Assembly: GCA_963843585.1 (NCBI GenBank)
Contig: CAWJLJ010000022.1
Coordinates: forward strand, 4,678-68,677
Reading direction: 5' to 3'
DNA from: an uncultured Acidobacteriota bacterium
Lineage (GTDB): Bacteria; Actinomycetota; Acidimicrobiia; Spongiisociales; ZC4RG35
Length of the DNA: 64,000 nucleotides
Part shown: positions 40,109 through 53,317 of the stretch, piece after piece
Layout of the letters: each line of letters begins with the position of its first letter
Position numbering within the stretch: position 1 is the first letter of the stretch
The notes under the pieces: model-generated
Seen by the model: only the letters and a program-made list of their open reading frames with translations
What the model was told of the DNA's origin: nothing
Databases searched by the model: none
Translations under genes and position numbers: made by a program

Positions 40109-42103
40109 TCAAGTTCGGGCCACCTCACGAATCAGGTAGGCCTCGATGTTGTCGCCTTCCTTGATGTCGTTGTAGTTCTCCAGCCCGATTCCACACTCGA
40201 ACCCGGAGGCCACTTCGCGCACGTCGTCCTTGAATCGCTTCAGCGATGAGATGACGCCGTCGTGGATGACCACCCCGTCACGGATGAGCCGGGCACGAGC
40301 CCCGCGCTGGACGACACCCTCGATGACGTAGCACCCGGCCACGGACCCGATCCGGGGGACCTTGAAAACGGCCCGGACCTCGGCGGTGCCCAACACCTGT
40401 TCGTGCTCCTCGGGGGCCAACTGACCGACGAGCAGCTGCTCGACCTCGTCGAGCAGCTCGTAGATGATCCCGTAGGTCCGGATCTCGACCCCGGCCTCCT
40501 CGGCTGCCTTGCGGGCCTTTGGCTCGGGACGGACGTTGAAGCCGACGATCACCGAGTCGGTCACTTCGGCGAGTGTCACGTCGTTCTCGTTGATCCCACC
40601 GACTGCACCGTGCAGCACCTGGATCTTGCCGCCCTCTCGCCCGATCTTCGAGATCGATTCCCGCAGGGCCTCGAGTGACCCATGCGCATCGGCCTTGATG
40701 ATGACGTTCAGAGTGGCGTCCTCGGTGCGCAGCTGGTCGAGCAGTGTCTGGAGTCGGTCGCGGGCCGAGGGCATGGCCTGGCTGACCGACCTGAGCTCCT
40801 CCTCGCGCTCGGAGGCGATGCGGCGCGCCTCCTTGTCGCTCTCGACAACTGTGAAGAAGTCGCCGGCCGTCGGGACCTCGTCCCAACCCATGATCTGGAC
40901 GGGTGTCGACGGACCTGCTTCTTTGACCTGATTGCCATTCTCGTCCATCAAGGCACGGGCGCGCCCGGAGACTGGCCCTGCCACGAAGGGATCACCAGTC
41001 CTCAGTGTGCCCCGCTGGATGATGACAGAGGCGACAGCGCCCTTGCCCCGCTCGAGCTGGGCCTCGACAACGACACCGGACGCCTCGGCTTTCGGGTTCG
41101 CCTTGAACTCCTCGAGCTGGGCGATGAGGTCCACCACCTCGAGCAACTCGTCGACGCCGTCACCGTTGATCGCGGAGACCTCCAAGCTGGGGACGTCTCC
41201 GCCGAGCTCTTCGGTGAGGACGTCGTACTCGGTCAGTTCGGTCCGCACCCGGAGCGGGTCGGCTCCGGGAAGATCGACCTTGTTGACGGCCACGATCATC
41301 TTCACCTCTGCCGCCTTGGCGTGTGAGATGGCTTCGATCGTCTGGGGCATGACGCCGTCGTTGGCAGCCACCACGAGGATCACGATGTCGGTGATGTTCG
41401 CTCCGCGTGCTCGCAGGGATGTGAATGCCTCGTGGCCCGGCGTGTCGATGAATGTGATGGGATGTCCGTTGACATCGACCTGGTAGGCGCCGATGTGCTG
41501 GGTGATCCCTCCTTGCTCTCCGTCGACCACGCTGGTCTTGCGGATCGAGTCGAGAAGTGTGGTTTTGCCGTGGTCCACATGTCCCATCACGGTCACAACA
41601 GGCGGGCGAGGGGCGAGCTCCGATTCTGCATCTTCGAACACCGGACGCTCGGCAACCGCCGGAGGGGGCGGTGGCGCTTCGATGTCGACGATGAACCCGA
41701 ACGACTCGGCCACACCCTCGATCAATTCAGGGGGCATCGTCTGGCCGGCTCCCACCGCCTGGCCACGGGTCATGAGCTGGGCAACCACGTCCTTGGCCGG
41801 AACCCCGAGTGCGTCTGCGAACTCGGTGACCGAGGCGCCGGACGGGACAGACACGATGTCGAGCTCGACCTCGGGCTCGGGGGCCGGCTCGGGAGCGACC
41901 TCTTCGGCGGCTTCTGACTCTGCCTCGGGCTCTGCCTCGACCACCTCCGGCTCATCGCCGGCGACGGCGAGACGCAGAAGCTCTGCCGACTCGTCATCGA
42001 GCCCGGATGAGGCAGTCTTCACTTCGATCCCCAGGTCATGGGCCTGCGCGAGCAACTCTTTCGAGTCGATCCCCAGGTCCTTGGCCAGCTCGTAAACCCT
42101 CAC
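40109..42103 (-). CDS. infB: Translation initiation factor IF-2
   Basis: [36 protein letters not shown]. Confidence 0.98.
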   Translation of the reverse strand: MRVYELAKDLGIDSKELLAQAHDLGIEVKTASSGLDDESAELLRLAVAGDEPEVVEAEPEAESEAAEEVAPEPAPEPEVELDIVSVPSGASVTEFADALGVPAKDVVAQLMTRGQAVGAGQTMPPELIEGVAESFGFIVDIEAPPPPPAVAERPVFEDAESELAPRPPVVTVMGHVDHGKTTLLDSIRKTSVVDGEQGGITQHIGAYQVDVNGHPITFIDTPGHEAFTSLRARGANITDIVILVVAANDGVMPQTIEAISHAKAAEVKMIVAVNKVDLPGADPLRVRTELTEYDVLTEELGGDVPSLEVSAINGDGVDELLEVVDLIAQLEEFKANPKAEASGVVVEAQLERGKGAVASVIIQRGTLRTGDPFVAGPVSGRARALMDENGNQVKEAGPSTPVQIMGWDEVPTAGDFFTVVESDKEARRIASEREEELRSVSQAMPSARDRLQTLLDQLRTEDATLNVIIKADAHGSLEALRESISKIGREGGKIQVLHGAVGGINENDVTLAEVTDSVIVGFNVRPEPKARKAAEEAGVEIRTYGIIYELLDEVEQLLVGQLAPEEHEQVLGTAEVRAVFKVPRIGSVAGCYVIEGVVQRGARARLIRDGVVIHDGVISSLKRFKDDVREVASGFECGIGLENYNDIKEGDNIEAYLIREVART

Positions 42104-42115
42104 GCCAGAAATCCC

Positions 42116-43298
42116 CTATTCGCTCTCGTCATCCGTGTCGTCGGTTGCCACCGCATCCTCATCGTCGGACACGGGCACGTCGGCGTCGACTGCTTCCTCG
42201 ACCGACACCTCGTCTGCGGCAGCTTCATCCGTGACTGACGCTTCTCCATCGGCTCGGGGCGGCTTCTTCGGCCGGAGCGGCTTCTTCGACCGGGGCGGCT
42301 TCCGGCACCGCCTCCTCGACCTCGACGCCTTCCATGTCGGATCGGATGTCGACCTTGTAGCCGGAGAGCCGGGCAGCAAGCCGGGCATTCTGACCCTCCT
42401 TGCCGATCGCCAGGGAGAGCTGGTGCTCGGACACGACCACGTCGGCGGTCTTGGTCTCCTCGTCGATGTGGACTTCCTTGACCTTGGCCGGGCCCAACGC
42501 CTCGGCGATGAACTGGCCGATGTCGTCACGCCACTGGACCACGTCCACCTTCTCGCCACGCAGCTCGTTCACGACCTGGCGGACACGGGATCCCCTGGCG
42601 CCCACGCAGGCTCCCTTGGGGTCGACGTTGGGATCGTGGGAGATCACGGCGATCTTGGTGCGGTGACCCGGCTCGCGGGCGATGTTGACGATCTCGACAG
42701 TGCCATCGGTGAGCTCCGGCACCTCGAGCTCGAGCAGACGTCGCACCAGGTCGGGGTGGCTGCGTGAGACCACGATTTGGGCGCCCTTGGCCTCGTTGCG
42801 CACCTCGAGGATGAGCGCCTTGACCCGGTTGCCACGCTCCAGACGCTCGAACGGAATCCGCTCGGAGCCGGGGAGGATCGCCTCGGCGTCGCCGAGATCG
42901 AGGATCACGGACCGGTAATCCACCTGCTGGACCAGCCCGGTCACGAGGTCGCCCTCACGACCTTCGTACATCTCGAACACGTGCTCGCGCTTCGCCTCGC
43001 GCAGCTTGTGCTGCATCACCTGCTTGAAGGACTGCGCGGCGATGCGGCCAAAGGCCTCCCCCTCGGGGGTGTCTTCCCACTCCTTCACGACGTTGCCGTC
43101 CTCGTCCAATTCCTGGGCGTAGACGATGACTTCGCCGGAATCGGGGTCGATGGTGACCCTGGCCTCCTCTGCCGCTCCCGGGCTCCGCTTGTACGCGGCG
43201 ACAAGGGCGTTGGCGAACGCGTCGAGGATGGTGTCGATGGCCACTCCCCGTTCCCGGGCGAGTACCTCGATTGCCTCCATCATCGTGTCGAGCTTCAT
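42116..43298 (-). CDS. nusA: Transcription factor NusA; frameshift in the acidic tail
   Basis: FGRIAAQ, LEVPE, AREPG.RTK, SLAIGKEGQNARLA. Confidence 0.97.
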
Positions 43299-43307
43299 GA
43301 TTCTCCT

Positions 43308-43778
43308 TCAGTGGCCCGGCTTGGGGGCCTTTTCCCACCTGAACACCGTCTTGGCGGTGAGCACGTCTTCGTAGTCGACTACCCGGCGCTCTTCATCGCT
43401 CTCCACGGTGAACGCCGAGTCACCGGCGTCGGCCAGGACTCCTCTGATGGTCGTCTTCTGGTCGCCGTCGGCGATCTTGACCACGACCTCACGACCGACC
43501 GACTTGGTGTAATGCGACGGGCGACGGAGAGCTCTCTCCAGACCCGGCGAGGTCACCTCGAGCCGGTACGCCTCGACCAGTTCGGTTTCGTTGTCGAGCA
43601 ACCGCGACAGGCCGCGCGAGACATCGGCGAGACGATCGATGTTGACGTCCTCGCCGTCGACAACGACACGGAGGAGTGTTCCCGGCCCGCGGCCGAGCAA
43701 CTCGACATCGTCGAGCTCGAGCCTCTCGGCGGCGAGATAGGGCTCCACCACCGTCCAAATCTCTGCAGCAGTCGTCAA
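43308..43778 (-). CDS. rimP: Ribosome maturation factor RimP
   Basis: YRLEVTSPGLER; AGGAG RBS before TTG 43778. Confidence 0.93.
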   Translation of the reverse strand: MTTAAEIWTVVEPYLAAERLELDDVELLGRGPGTLLRVVVDGEDVNIDRLADVSRGLSRLLDNETELVEAYRLEVTSPGLERALRRPSHYTKSVGREVVVKIADGDQKTTIRGVLADAGDSAFTVESDEERRVVDYEDVLTAKTVFRWEKAPKPGH

Positions 43779-43827
43779 AATGCCTGCTCCTGGCGCCGTC
43801 CTGCCATCGCAATGACAGTCATCGCGC

Positions 43828-43895
43828 AAAAAATACAGGCGGGTGCCAAAGGCGCCCACCTGGTTCAAAGCGTCCTGTTGTCCGTTCGCATTATA
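43828..43895 (-). promoter_or_regulatory. rimP leader: TATAAT promoter followed by a terminator-type hairpin
   Basis: TATAAT (43895-43890), then CAGGTGGGCGCC-TTT-GGCACCCGCCTG-TATTTTTT. Confidence 0.75.
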
Positions 43896-43937
43896 GGCGA
43901 ACCGGTCACTCTGTCGGCCGGGGTGCGTGGAGCGGTC

Positions 43938-45665
<1,728 letters not shown>

Positions 45666-45701
45666 CTACCAGGTTTCGGAGCGGGCGACGGTAATAACCA
45701 G

Positions 45702-46910
45702 TCAATCGGACTTGGCGACCTCGGCGACCTTCGCCCGACGGTCCTGGGAGCGATTGGCATCACCCTGGATCTGGATCAACTCCTCGCGGGTAGCGGCGGC
45801 CAGTTCGGCGGCGTTCGCCTCGGCGTGGGCAAGTCTGCTCTCCACGCCCTCCTCGACCAGCTTTCGAGCCTCGTCGAGAAGCGCCTCGACCATCTCGGAC
45901 TCTGGCACGACCCTCACCACCTGGCCTTTTATGAACAAATGGCCTCTCCCCCGGCCGGCGGCGATACCGATGTCGGCCTCCCGCGCCTCCCCCGGGCCGT
46001 TGACGACACAGCCCATGACGGCGACCTGGATCGGGAGGTTTTCCGCCTCCAAGGCGGCCTGAGCCCGGGTGGCCACATCGATGACATCGACCTCTGCTCG
46101 TCCGCAGGAGGGGCAGGCGATGAGGTCGAGGCCCTTCCGCTCGCGAAGACCGAGGTTCTCGAGGAGCTGACGACCGGCCTTGGCCTCCTCGACCGGGTCG
46201 GCGGTGAGGGAGAAGCGAATGGTGTCGCCGATCCCTTCGTTGAGCAGGGTGGCGATCCCCGCGACTGATTTGATCAGCCCGGCCGGTGGGGGTCCCGCCT
46301 CTGTCACCCCGAGGTGGAGCGGGTAGTCGACCGTCTCGGACAGGAGCCGGTAGGACTCGATCATCGACGGCACGTTGGAATGTTTGACCGAGATCTTGAT
46401 GTCTTCGAAGTCGACATCCTGGAGATAGCGGATCTCGAGAAGGGCGGAATCGACCAAAGCCTGAGGCACCGGGCTTCCGTATTTCTCGAGGAGATCCTTG
46501 TCCAACGAGCCGGCGTTGACCCCGACACGGATCGGCACTCCGCGGTCCTTGGCCTCGCGGGCAACAGCTTTGATCTGGTCTTCCTTGCGGATGTTGCCGG
46601 GGTTGAGCCGAAGCCCCTGAACACCCGCCTCGAGTGCGGCCAGGGCGAGCCGGTACTGGTAGTGGATGTCGGCGATGATCGGGACCGGCGATCTGGGGAC
46701 GATCTCGGCCAGGCCTTGTGCCGCCTCCACCTCATTGCAGGTGATGCGGACGATGTCGGCGCCGGCCCCCGCCAGCGCATACACCTGGGCCAGGGTGCCG
46801 TCCACGTCGGCGGTCTTGGTGGTGGTCATCGACTGAACCGAGATGGGCGCATCGCCCCCGACAGCGACGTTTCCGACATGGAGTTGCCGGGTCCTGTGGC
46901 GGGTGATCAT
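45702..46910 (-). CDS. ispG: HMBPP synthase
   Basis: SVQSMT, NPGNI, HLGVTEAG, CPSCGR, MGCVVNGPGE. Confidence 0.97.
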   Translation of the reverse strand: MITRHRTRQLHVGNVAVGGDAPISVQSMTTTKTADVDGTLAQVYALAGAGADIVRITCNEVEAAQGLAEIVPRSPVPIIADIHYQYRLALAALEAGVQGLRLNPGNIRKEDQIKAVAREAKDRGVPIRVGVNAGSLDKDLLEKYGSPVPQALVDSALLEIRYLQDVDFEDIKISVKHSNVPSMIESYRLLSETVDYPLHLGVTEAGPPPAGLIKSVAGIATLLNEGIGDTIRFSLTADPVEEAKAGRQLLENLGLRERKGLDLIACPSCGRAEVDVIDVATRAQAALEAENLPIQVAVMGCVVNGPGEAREADIGIAAGRGRGHLFIKGQVVRVVPESEMVEALLDEARKLVEEGVESRLAHAEANAAELAAATREELIQIQGDANRSQDRRAKVAEVAKSD

Positions 46911-46915
46911 CCCGA

Positions 46916-48016
46916 TCAGAGACTTATCGGGTTGACGATGTCGAGAACAATCGCCACGAACCCGAGGAAAGCGAACAGCCCGATCACCGCGGCCGCCACC
47001 GGCGCCAGCTTCCGGACATTGGCCTCACGGCCGCTGACCTTCTCGTAGGCGGCGACGGCGAAGTGCCCGCCGTCGAGCGGGTAGAGAGGTAGGAGGTTGA
47101 TGGTGGCCAGGATCACGTTGACGAAGGCGAGGATCCCGAGAAAGGCAGCGGCCGATTCGGTCTGGGTACCGATGTTGACGATGCCGATCGGGCTCACGGG
47201 CCGGATCTCCTCGTCGACATCGGTGTCGCCGGCGAGAACTCCGAGGTATTGCGCCAGGCTGGAAGGCTTGATCATGTCACCGATCGCTTGGAAGGTGAAC
47301 CCGATCCCCTCCCACACCTGGGTCCCGGCCACACCGATGGCGCCGATTATCCCCGGGTCATGCGTCGCGATGACCGGGGCGACCCCGAGGAATCCGGAAC
47401 CTTCGTCACGCTCGACCAAAGTGACCTCGAGACTGCGGGGCAGGCCGTCGCGCTCGACCACCACCGTGGTGGGGCCTTCGCCGAGTGCGGTCAGGGCGTC
47501 GGGGACATCGGACCATTCGTCGATCCTGTGGTCGCCGATGGACACGATCACATCATCAGATTCCAGCCCGCCGGCGGCGGCCGGCGTGGGGACAGTGTCC
47601 TCACCGACCAGGACAGTGGGCACCACTTCGTCGACGATCGGCTGCGGCTCAGAGACGCCGTTGGCGAGCACGATCCCGTAGAAGAGAAGGAAGGCGATGA
47701 GGAAGTTCATGCCGACCCCGGCGAGCACGACCACACTCTTCTCCCAGAATTTCTTCTCCCGGTAGGTGCGGCCGATGTCGGCCGGGGAGATCTCCTCGAG
47801 GGGGTTCATGCCGATGATGCGCACATATCCCCCGAGAGGGATCGCCTTGACTCCGTACTCGGTCTCGCCGCGGCGCCAAGAGAAGATACGAGGCCCGAAC
47901 CCGAAGAAAAACTCGGTCACCTTCATCCCGGTTGCCTTCGCCGCAAAGAAATGGCCGGCCTCGTGGGCGGTGACAAAGAGAATGATGGCTGCGGCCGCAG
48001 CAAAGCCTCCGAGCAT
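46916..48016 (-). CDS. rseP: M50 site-2 protease with PDZ domain
   Basis: HEAGH, IPLGGYV, NLLP.YPLDGG. Confidence 0.92.
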   Translation of the reverse strand: MLGGFAAAAAIILFVTAHEAGHFFAAKATGMKVTEFFFGFGPRIFSWRRGETEYGVKAIPLGGYVRIIGMNPLEEISPADIGRTYREKKFWEKSVVVLAGVGMNFLIAFLLFYGIVLANGVSEPQPIVDEVVPTVLVGEDTVPTPAAAGGLESDDVIVSIGDHRIDEWSDVPDALTALGEGPTTVVVERDGLPRSLEVTLVERDEGSGFLGVAPVIATHDPGIIGAIGVAGTQVWEGIGFTFQAIGDMIKPSSLAQYLGVLAGDTDVDEEIRPVSPIGIVNIGTQTESAAAFLGILAFVNVILATINLLPLYPLDGGHFAVAAYEKVSGREANVRKLAPVAAAVIGLFAFLGFVAIVLDIVNPISL

Positions 48017-48046
48017 GCGGACACGCTACCCGCGAATCGCCGTTAG

Positions 48047-49192
48047 TCAGCAGGCTCCTGCGATAAACGAGGCTGCGATCTCCCGGCCCTCCCGGTCGGC
48101 AGTGATCACATCGTCCACGGTCTCCAACGTCCGCCAATCCGACGTCTCGAGGGTGGCCGAGACCACCTCGGCGATCCCGAGAAAGCCCAGGCGGCCATCG
48201 AGGAAGGCCGCTACTGCGACCTCATCGGCTGCGTTGAGCACCGCGGGAGAAGATCCACCTTCACGCCCTGCCTCGAAGGCCAGGTCCAGGGCAGGGAACG
48301 AGACGGGATCAGGAGCTTCGAACGTCAGGTCCATCCCGGCCAGGTCGAAGGGGCGGGCCAGCGAAGGTGCCCGCTCCGGTGAGGTCAGCGCGTACTGGAT
48401 CGGGATCCGCATGTCGGGTTGGCCCAGGTGGCCCTTCCACGACCCGTCGACGAACTCGACCGCCGAGTGGAGGATCGACTGCGGGTGGATCAGGACGGCT
48501 ATCCGGTCGTATTCGATGTCGAACAGATGATGGGCCTCGATCACCTCCAGCCCTTTGTTGAAGAGGGTGGCGGAGTCGATGGTTATCCGGGGCCCCATGT
48601 CCCAGGTCGGGTGGGCCAGCGCCTCGTCTGGCGTCACCCCGGCCAGTGAGTCGGCGGATCGGCCCCGGAACGGGCCACCGGAGGCGGTCAGGATCAGACG
48701 TGCCACCGATTCCGGCTCCTCGCCGGCGAGGCACTGGAGCAGGGCCGAATGTTCGCTATCGACCGGGATCAGCTCGCCGCCGTGCTCGGCCAGCGCCCGC
48801 TTCACGACAGGCCCACCGGCCACCAGACTCTCCTTGTTGGCCAGCGCCACGCGGTTCCCGCTCTCCAGACCGGCCATCGTCGCTCTCAGCCCGGCACTTC
48901 CGACGATTCCGTTGACAACGATGGAGCCCGGGATACGTGCTGCGTCGATGACCGCATCGGCGCCGAATTCGACGGACCGCCCTACGACACGTGTGAAATC
49001 CTCGCGCTCCTCGGAGGATCCACCCGCCACCAGAACCCGCGCCTCGGGATGGGCCGACGCCAGCTCCGCGAGCTTTGGCGAAGGCGACCTTGCGGCGAGG
49101 GCGGCGATCTCCAACCCGAGAGAGGTGGTCACCTCGATTGTCTGGGACCCGATGGACCCGGTCGCCCCCAGAACGACCACCGGGCGGGTCAC
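48047..49192 (-). CDS. dxr: 1-deoxy-D-xylulose-5-phosphate reductoisomerase
   Basis: LGATGSIG, LANKESL, PVDSEH, HPTWDMG, NKGLE.IEA. Confidence 0.97.
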   Translation of the reverse strand: MTRPVVVLGATGSIGSQTIEVTTSLGLEIAALAARSPSPKLAELASAHPEARVLVAGGSSEEREDFTRVVGRSVEFGADAVIDAARIPGSIVVNGIVGSAGLRATMAGLESGNRVALANKESLVAGGPVVKRALAEHGGELIPVDSEHSALLQCLAGEEPESVARLILTASGGPFRGRSADSLAGVTPDEALAHPTWDMGPRITIDSATLFNKGLEVIEAHHLFDIEYDRIAVLIHPQSILHSAVEFVDGSWKGHLGQPDMRIPIQYALTSPERAPSLARPFDLAGMDLTFEAPDPVSFPALDLAFEAGREGGSSPAVLNAADEVAVAAFLDGRLGFLGIAEVVSATLETSDWRTLETVDDVITADREGREIAASFIAGAC

Positions 49193-50427
49193 AACAAACC
49201 GAACCCGCGGAACAGGAAGTAGATGGCCGGGGCCACGAACAGGAAGCCGTCGATCCGGTCGAGCATGCCGCCATGGCCGGGGAGCACCGATCCCATGTCC
49301 TTGACACCAAGGGAGCGCTTGACCATCGACTCGACGGCGTCGCCCAGGGGCGCGATCAGGCCGACGACGGCACCTGCAACCAGGGCCTTGGCGATGCCGA
49401 TGGTCTCCCAGGCGGGGAAGGTGGCGAGGATCGACGCAACGACCAGCCCGGCGATAAAGCCCCCGATCAGGCCCTCGACGGTCTTGTGAGGTGAGATCAC
49501 AGGCGACAGCTTCCGACGGCCGAGGGATCGACCCACGAAATAGGCACCGGTGTCGTTGGCGGCGACCAGGAGGACTACGAACAGGATGTAGGCGACCGGG
49601 TGGGATCCCTGAGCGATGAGGATGGCGAACGAGAGGAGGCCGACCCAGACCATGCCGCCGATCGTGACCGAGGCGTCCTCCAGGGGCTGGCGTCGGGGGG
49701 ACAGAGTCAGGAAGAGGATCGTGACCACGGCAAACGCGGCAGCCCAGCCGGCTATGGCAGCGGCACCGGTCAACTGGGCGCCTACTCCCATGAAGACGAC
49801 ACCGAGCAGGCCGAACAGGGCAAGCGGGCGGGTCTCCTCGGATCTGACCGTGGCGTAGAACTCGCCGGTGGACACGACCATGGCCAGGATCACGAAGGCT
49901 GCGAACCACCAGCCACCGAGCAGCAGGCTGCCGAGGAACAACCCGAAGATGACGACCGCAGACCCCACCCGCATGGCCAGATCGCTCGAGGCGGCCTGCT
50001 CGGAGGCTTCGAAGTCCTCTTCGGCGTCGGCGCGGGAACCGGTGACGTCCTCGAACCCGACCAGACCGTGGTCTACCCCGGGAACCGTGGCCGCAACGGC
50101 CTGCTGCTCCCATTCCTCTTCGGCCGCCCGACTCACCTCCTCGGCCAAACCCTGATACTCCTGAGTGGTCGAGCCGGTGTACTGGTTGGCCTGATAGTCA
50201 TCGAGATCCTGAGGAAAGCTCATCCCCTCGTAGTCGCCCTTTGCCCCGGGCTCGGAGGCCGGCTCACCGTCGGCGGCTTGTCCCGGATCCGCGTCATCGG
50301 CCGAATCGCCCTCCCCCGCATCGTCCTCCTCGAGCAGAGGGGGAAGACTGAACACCTCGGCGTCCTCCTCGCCCTCGTCCCAGAGGCGGCTCGGCTCGTT
50401 CTCGTCTTCGGGGGTTCGCTCGCTCAA
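49189..50427 (-). CDS. cdsA: Phosphatidate cytidylyltransferase with acidic N-terminal extension
   Basis: DTGAYF.G, ISPHKT.EG, KDMG..LPGHGG.LDR.D. Confidence 0.95.
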   Translation of the reverse strand: MSERTPEDENEPSRLWDEGEEDAEVFSLPPLLEEDDAGEGDSADDADPGQAADGEPASEPGAKGDYEGMSFPQDLDDYQANQYTGSTTQEYQGLAEEVSRAAEEEWEQQAVAATVPGVDHGLVGFEDVTGSRADAEEDFEASEQAASSDLAMRVGSAVVIFGLFLGSLLLGGWWFAAFVILAMVVSTGEFYATVRSEETRPLALFGLLGVVFMGVGAQLTGAAAIAGWAAAFAVVTILFLTLSPRRQPLEDASVTIGGMVWVGLLSFAILIAQGSHPVAYILFVVLLVAANDTGAYFVGRSLGRRKLSPVISPHKTVEGLIGGFIAGLVVASILATFPAWETIGIAKALVAGAVVGLIAPLGDAVESMVKRSLGVKDMGSVLPGHGGMLDRIDGFLFVAPAIYFLFRGFGLL

Positions 50428-50428
50428 A

Positions 50429-50980
50429 TCAGACCTCGAGAAGCTCTTCTTCTTTGTGGCCGAGGAGCCGATCGATCTGCTCGACGTACCGGTCGGTCAG
50501 CTTCTGCAACTCGTCCTCGCCCCGGCGAATGTCATCGTCGGAGATCTCGCCGTGCATCGCCTCCATGTCGGCCTTGGAATGACGACGGATGTTTCGCACG
50601 GCCACACGTCCCTCTTCAGCCATGTTCTTGACCACCTTGATCAGGTCCTTGCGCCGCTCCTCGGTCAGAGGCGGGAAGGCGATCCGGATCACATTGCCGT
50701 CGTTGGTGGGGTTCAGGCTGAGCTCGGAGGTCTGCAGTGCCCGCTCGATGTCACCGACGGTCGACTTGTCGAAGGGCTGGACGACCAGCAAGCGGGGCTC
50801 AGGCACAGAGATGGATGCGAGTTGCTGAAGGGGGGTCGGCGACCCGTAGTACTCCACGGTTATCCGCTGGAGAAGCTGGGGATTGGCCCGCCCGGTGCGG
50901 ACTGTTGAGAATTCCGAGGCCACGTGGTCGGTGGCCTGGTCCATCTTGTGCTCGGCCTCGGTCAGGAGGTCGCTGATCAC
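50429..50980 (-). CDS. frr: Ribosome recycling factor
   Basis: RTGRANP, PPLTEERRK, VRNIRR. Confidence 0.97.
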   Translation of the reverse strand: MISDLLTEAEHKMDQATDHVASEFSTVRTGRANPQLLQRITVEYYGSPTPLQQLASISVPEPRLLVVQPFDKSTVGDIERALQTSELSLNPTNDGNVIRIAFPPLTEERRKDLIKVVKNMAEEGRVAVRNIRRHSKADMEAMHGEISDDDIRRGEDELQKLTDRYVEQIDRLLGHKEEELLEV

Positions 50981-50992
50981 TGTTCCTCCTCG

Positions 50993-51709
50993 TCAGTGGA
51001 TCACGGTGCCGATCTTCTCGCCGTTCACCGCCTTGACGATGTTGCCAGGTGTCGTCATGTCGAACACGACTATCGGCACACCGTGCTCCTTGCTCATCGT
51101 AACGGCGGTGGTGTCCATGACCCTGAGCTCGTCCGAGATGAAGTCCATGTAGGACAGCTCATCGAGGCGCTTGGCGTCGGGGTGGGTGGCCGGGTCGGCG
51201 TCGTAGATGCCATCCACCTTGCTCGCCTTGAGAAGCGCATCGGCACCGAGCTCGACCGCTCGGAGGGCCGCAGTGGTGTCGGTTGTGAAGAACGGGTTGC
51301 CGGTCCCGGCGGCGAAGATCACGACACGCCCCTTCTCCAGATGGCGGATGGCGCGGAGGCGGATATAGGGCTCCGCCAGCTCCTGCATGGTGATGGCGCT
51401 CTGGACCCGGGTAGGCACGCCAGCCTTTTCCAGTGCGTCGCGAAGGGCGAGGGCATTGATGACGGTGGCCAGCATCCCCATGTAGTCGGCCGATGCCGGG
51501 TCCATGCCTTTCGCTGCCTGGCTCACTCCGCGAAAGATGTTGCCTCCGCCGACGACGACGGCGATCTGGATGTCGTCGGAGTGCCCTTCGGCGATCTCCT
51601 CGGCGACCCTGACGACTGTCAGCGGATCGATGCCGTATCCGATCCCCGGATCGGCAAAAGCCTCACCGGACAGCTTGAGGATGACCCTTCTCACCGGGGG
51701 ATTGGACAA
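50993..51709 (-). CDS. pyrH: UMP kinase
   Basis: [22 protein letters not shown]. Confidence 0.97.
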   Translation of the reverse strand: MSNPPVRRVILKLSGEAFADPGIGYGIDPLTVVRVAEEIAEGHSDDIQIAVVVGGGNIFRGVSQAAKGMDPASADYMGMLATVINALALRDALEKAGVPTRVQSAITMQELAEPYIRLRAIRHLEKGRVVIFAAGTGNPFFTTDTTAALRAVELGADALLKASKVDGIYDADPATHPDAKRLDELSYMDFISDELRVMDTTAVTMSKEHGVPIVVFDMTTPGNIVKAVNGEKIGTVIH

Positions 51710-51717
51710 TTCGCCTC

Positions 51718-52329
51718 CTACTCGCCGACGGCGATCCGGGAAACCCTGCGCACCGAGATGTTCTCACCCATCTTGGACGCGAGGTTGCCCACCATGTCGC
51801 CGACAGTGCCGTCGAACTTCTCGGCGTTGACGAATTTCTGGTCGTAGAGGACGTTCTCGGCGAACCATGACTCGATCTTCCCGTCCACGATCCGCTCCAC
51901 GACGTTCTCCGGCTTGCCCTCGGCCATGGCCTGACGTGAGATGAGCTCGCGCTCCTTGGCCAGCGCATCCTGGTCCACCTCGTCACGGGTGACCCACGTG
52001 GGCCGCCCCCAGCTGATGTGCATGGCGATGTCGTTTGCCGTCTGGCGGAACTCGTCGCTCTTGGCGACGAAGTCGGTCTCACAGGCCAGCTCCACCAGGA
52101 CCCCCATGACCGGGCGGTCGTTCTGGATGTGGATGTAGCTGCCGATGGTTCCCTCGTTGGCCTCCCGGTCGGCCCGCTTGGCCATCTTGGCCTGGCCCCG
52201 CTCCCGAAGCAGCTCGAACGCCTTCTCCAGGTCTCCACCGGCGTCGGTGAGTGCCGTCTTGGCGTCCATCATCCCGACGCCGGCGTCCTGCCTCAGCTTC
52301 TGGATGTCCTTGGCGGTGAACTCAGCCAT
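51718..52329 (-). CDS. tsf: Elongation factor Ts (short, ~203 aa)
   Basis: LR...[23 protein letters not shown]. Confidence 0.96.
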   Translation of the reverse strand: MAEFTAKDIQKLRQDAGVGMMDAKTALTDAGGDLEKAFELLRERGQAKMAKRADREANEGTIGSYIHIQNDRPVMGVLVELACETDFVAKSDEFRQTANDIAMHISWGRPTWVTRDEVDQDALAKERELISRQAMAEGKPENVVERIVDGKIESWFAENVLYDQKFVNAEKFDGTVGDMVGNLASKMGENISVRRVSRIAVGE

Positions 52330-53164
52330 TCTCGACCGTTTCCGTCTTGGGCTCCGCGCCGGCATCGGCTGTCACAGCGGCGGGAGCAGGCTCTTGCTCG
52401 AAGTCCGGAATCGACTCGTCGACCGTGGGCTCGAAGTCTGCGGACTCGTCATCGGGACTGTCACCCTTGGACGCCTTGGCACCGGCCATCCTCCGCCCCT
52501 CGAGGGCAGCATCGGCGATTGCGCCCGCGATGAGATCGGCGGCGCGGATGGCATCGTCGTTCCCGGCGATGACGTAATCCACCCGGTCGGGATCGCTGTT
52601 CGAGTCGACGAGGGCGATCACGGGCATGCCGAGACGGGCAGCCTCGGTGACTGCTGTGGCCTCGGTGTTGACGTCGACGATGAACACGGCGTCGGGGGTC
52701 TTCTGAAGATCGACCACTCCACCCAGGTTCTGCTCCAGCTTGGCCAGCTCACGCCGCAGCTTCAGACGCTCCTTCTTGGGAAGGTTGTTGATCTCACCGC
52801 TCGCCTCGAGACGTCGCAGCTCGCGCATGTAGAAGATCCGCTTCTGGATGGTCTGGAAGTTGGTGAGCATGCCGCCGAGCCAGCGGTAGTTGACATACGG
52901 CATGCCAGATCGGGTGGCGTGCTCGGCCACCGCGGCCTGAGCCTGTTTCTTCGTGCCGACGAAGAGGACGACGCCCCCGTCGGAGGTGAGGTTCTTGACG
53001 TAGTCGGCGGCGGCGGCGGTCTGCTCCACCGTCTGCCGGAGGTCGATGATGTGGATTCCGTTGCGCTCCCCATAGATGTAGGGGCGCATCTTTGGGTTCC
53101 ATCGGCGGGTCTGATGCCCGAAATGGACACCCGCCTCCAAGAGTTGCTTCATCGAGACAGCCAA
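52322..53164 (-). CDS. rpsB: 30S ribosomal protein S2
   Basis: [28 protein letters not shown]. Confidence 0.98.
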   Translation of the reverse strand: MAVSMKQLLEAGVHFGHQTRRWNPKMRPYIYGERNGIHIIDLRQTVEQTAAAADYVKNLTSDGGVVLFVGTKKQAQAAVAEHATRSGMPYVNYRWLGGMLTNFQTIQKRIFYMRELRRLEASGEINNLPKKERLKLRRELAKLEQNLGGVVDLQKTPDAVFIVDVNTEATAVTEAARLGMPVIALVDSNSDPDRVDYVIAGNDDAIRAADLIAGAIADAALEGRRMAGAKASKGDSPDDESADFEPTVDESIPDFEQEPAPAAVTADAGAEPKTETVENG

Positions 53165-53169
53165 AGCTG

Positions 53170-53280
53170 CTCCTTTCTGGTTGTTCCTCCGCCTGCCGGC
53201 GAGTGCCTATCCGTTTTCACGGATGACCCTCTTTCGGGACGCGCCCGACCAGTGAGGGTCAGCAGACGTGTGTGATGGGC
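53170..53280 (-). ncRNA. rpsB 5' leader (t44-like structured RNA)
   Basis: TACCAT -10, then CACACACGTCTGC...GCAGGCG-GAGG closing stem with internal hairpins TGACCCTC/GAGGGTCA and ATCCGT/ACGGAT. Confidence 0.6.
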
Positions 53281-53317
53281 TGAATGGTACGGGCGTAGAA
53301 GCGTAAAACGTAAAACG

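Noticed and set aside
53149-53317. C-terminal extension of the sigma factor overlapping rpsB
   Set aside because: It runs through the rpsB promoter and structured leader; a one-base correction gives a stop near 53318.
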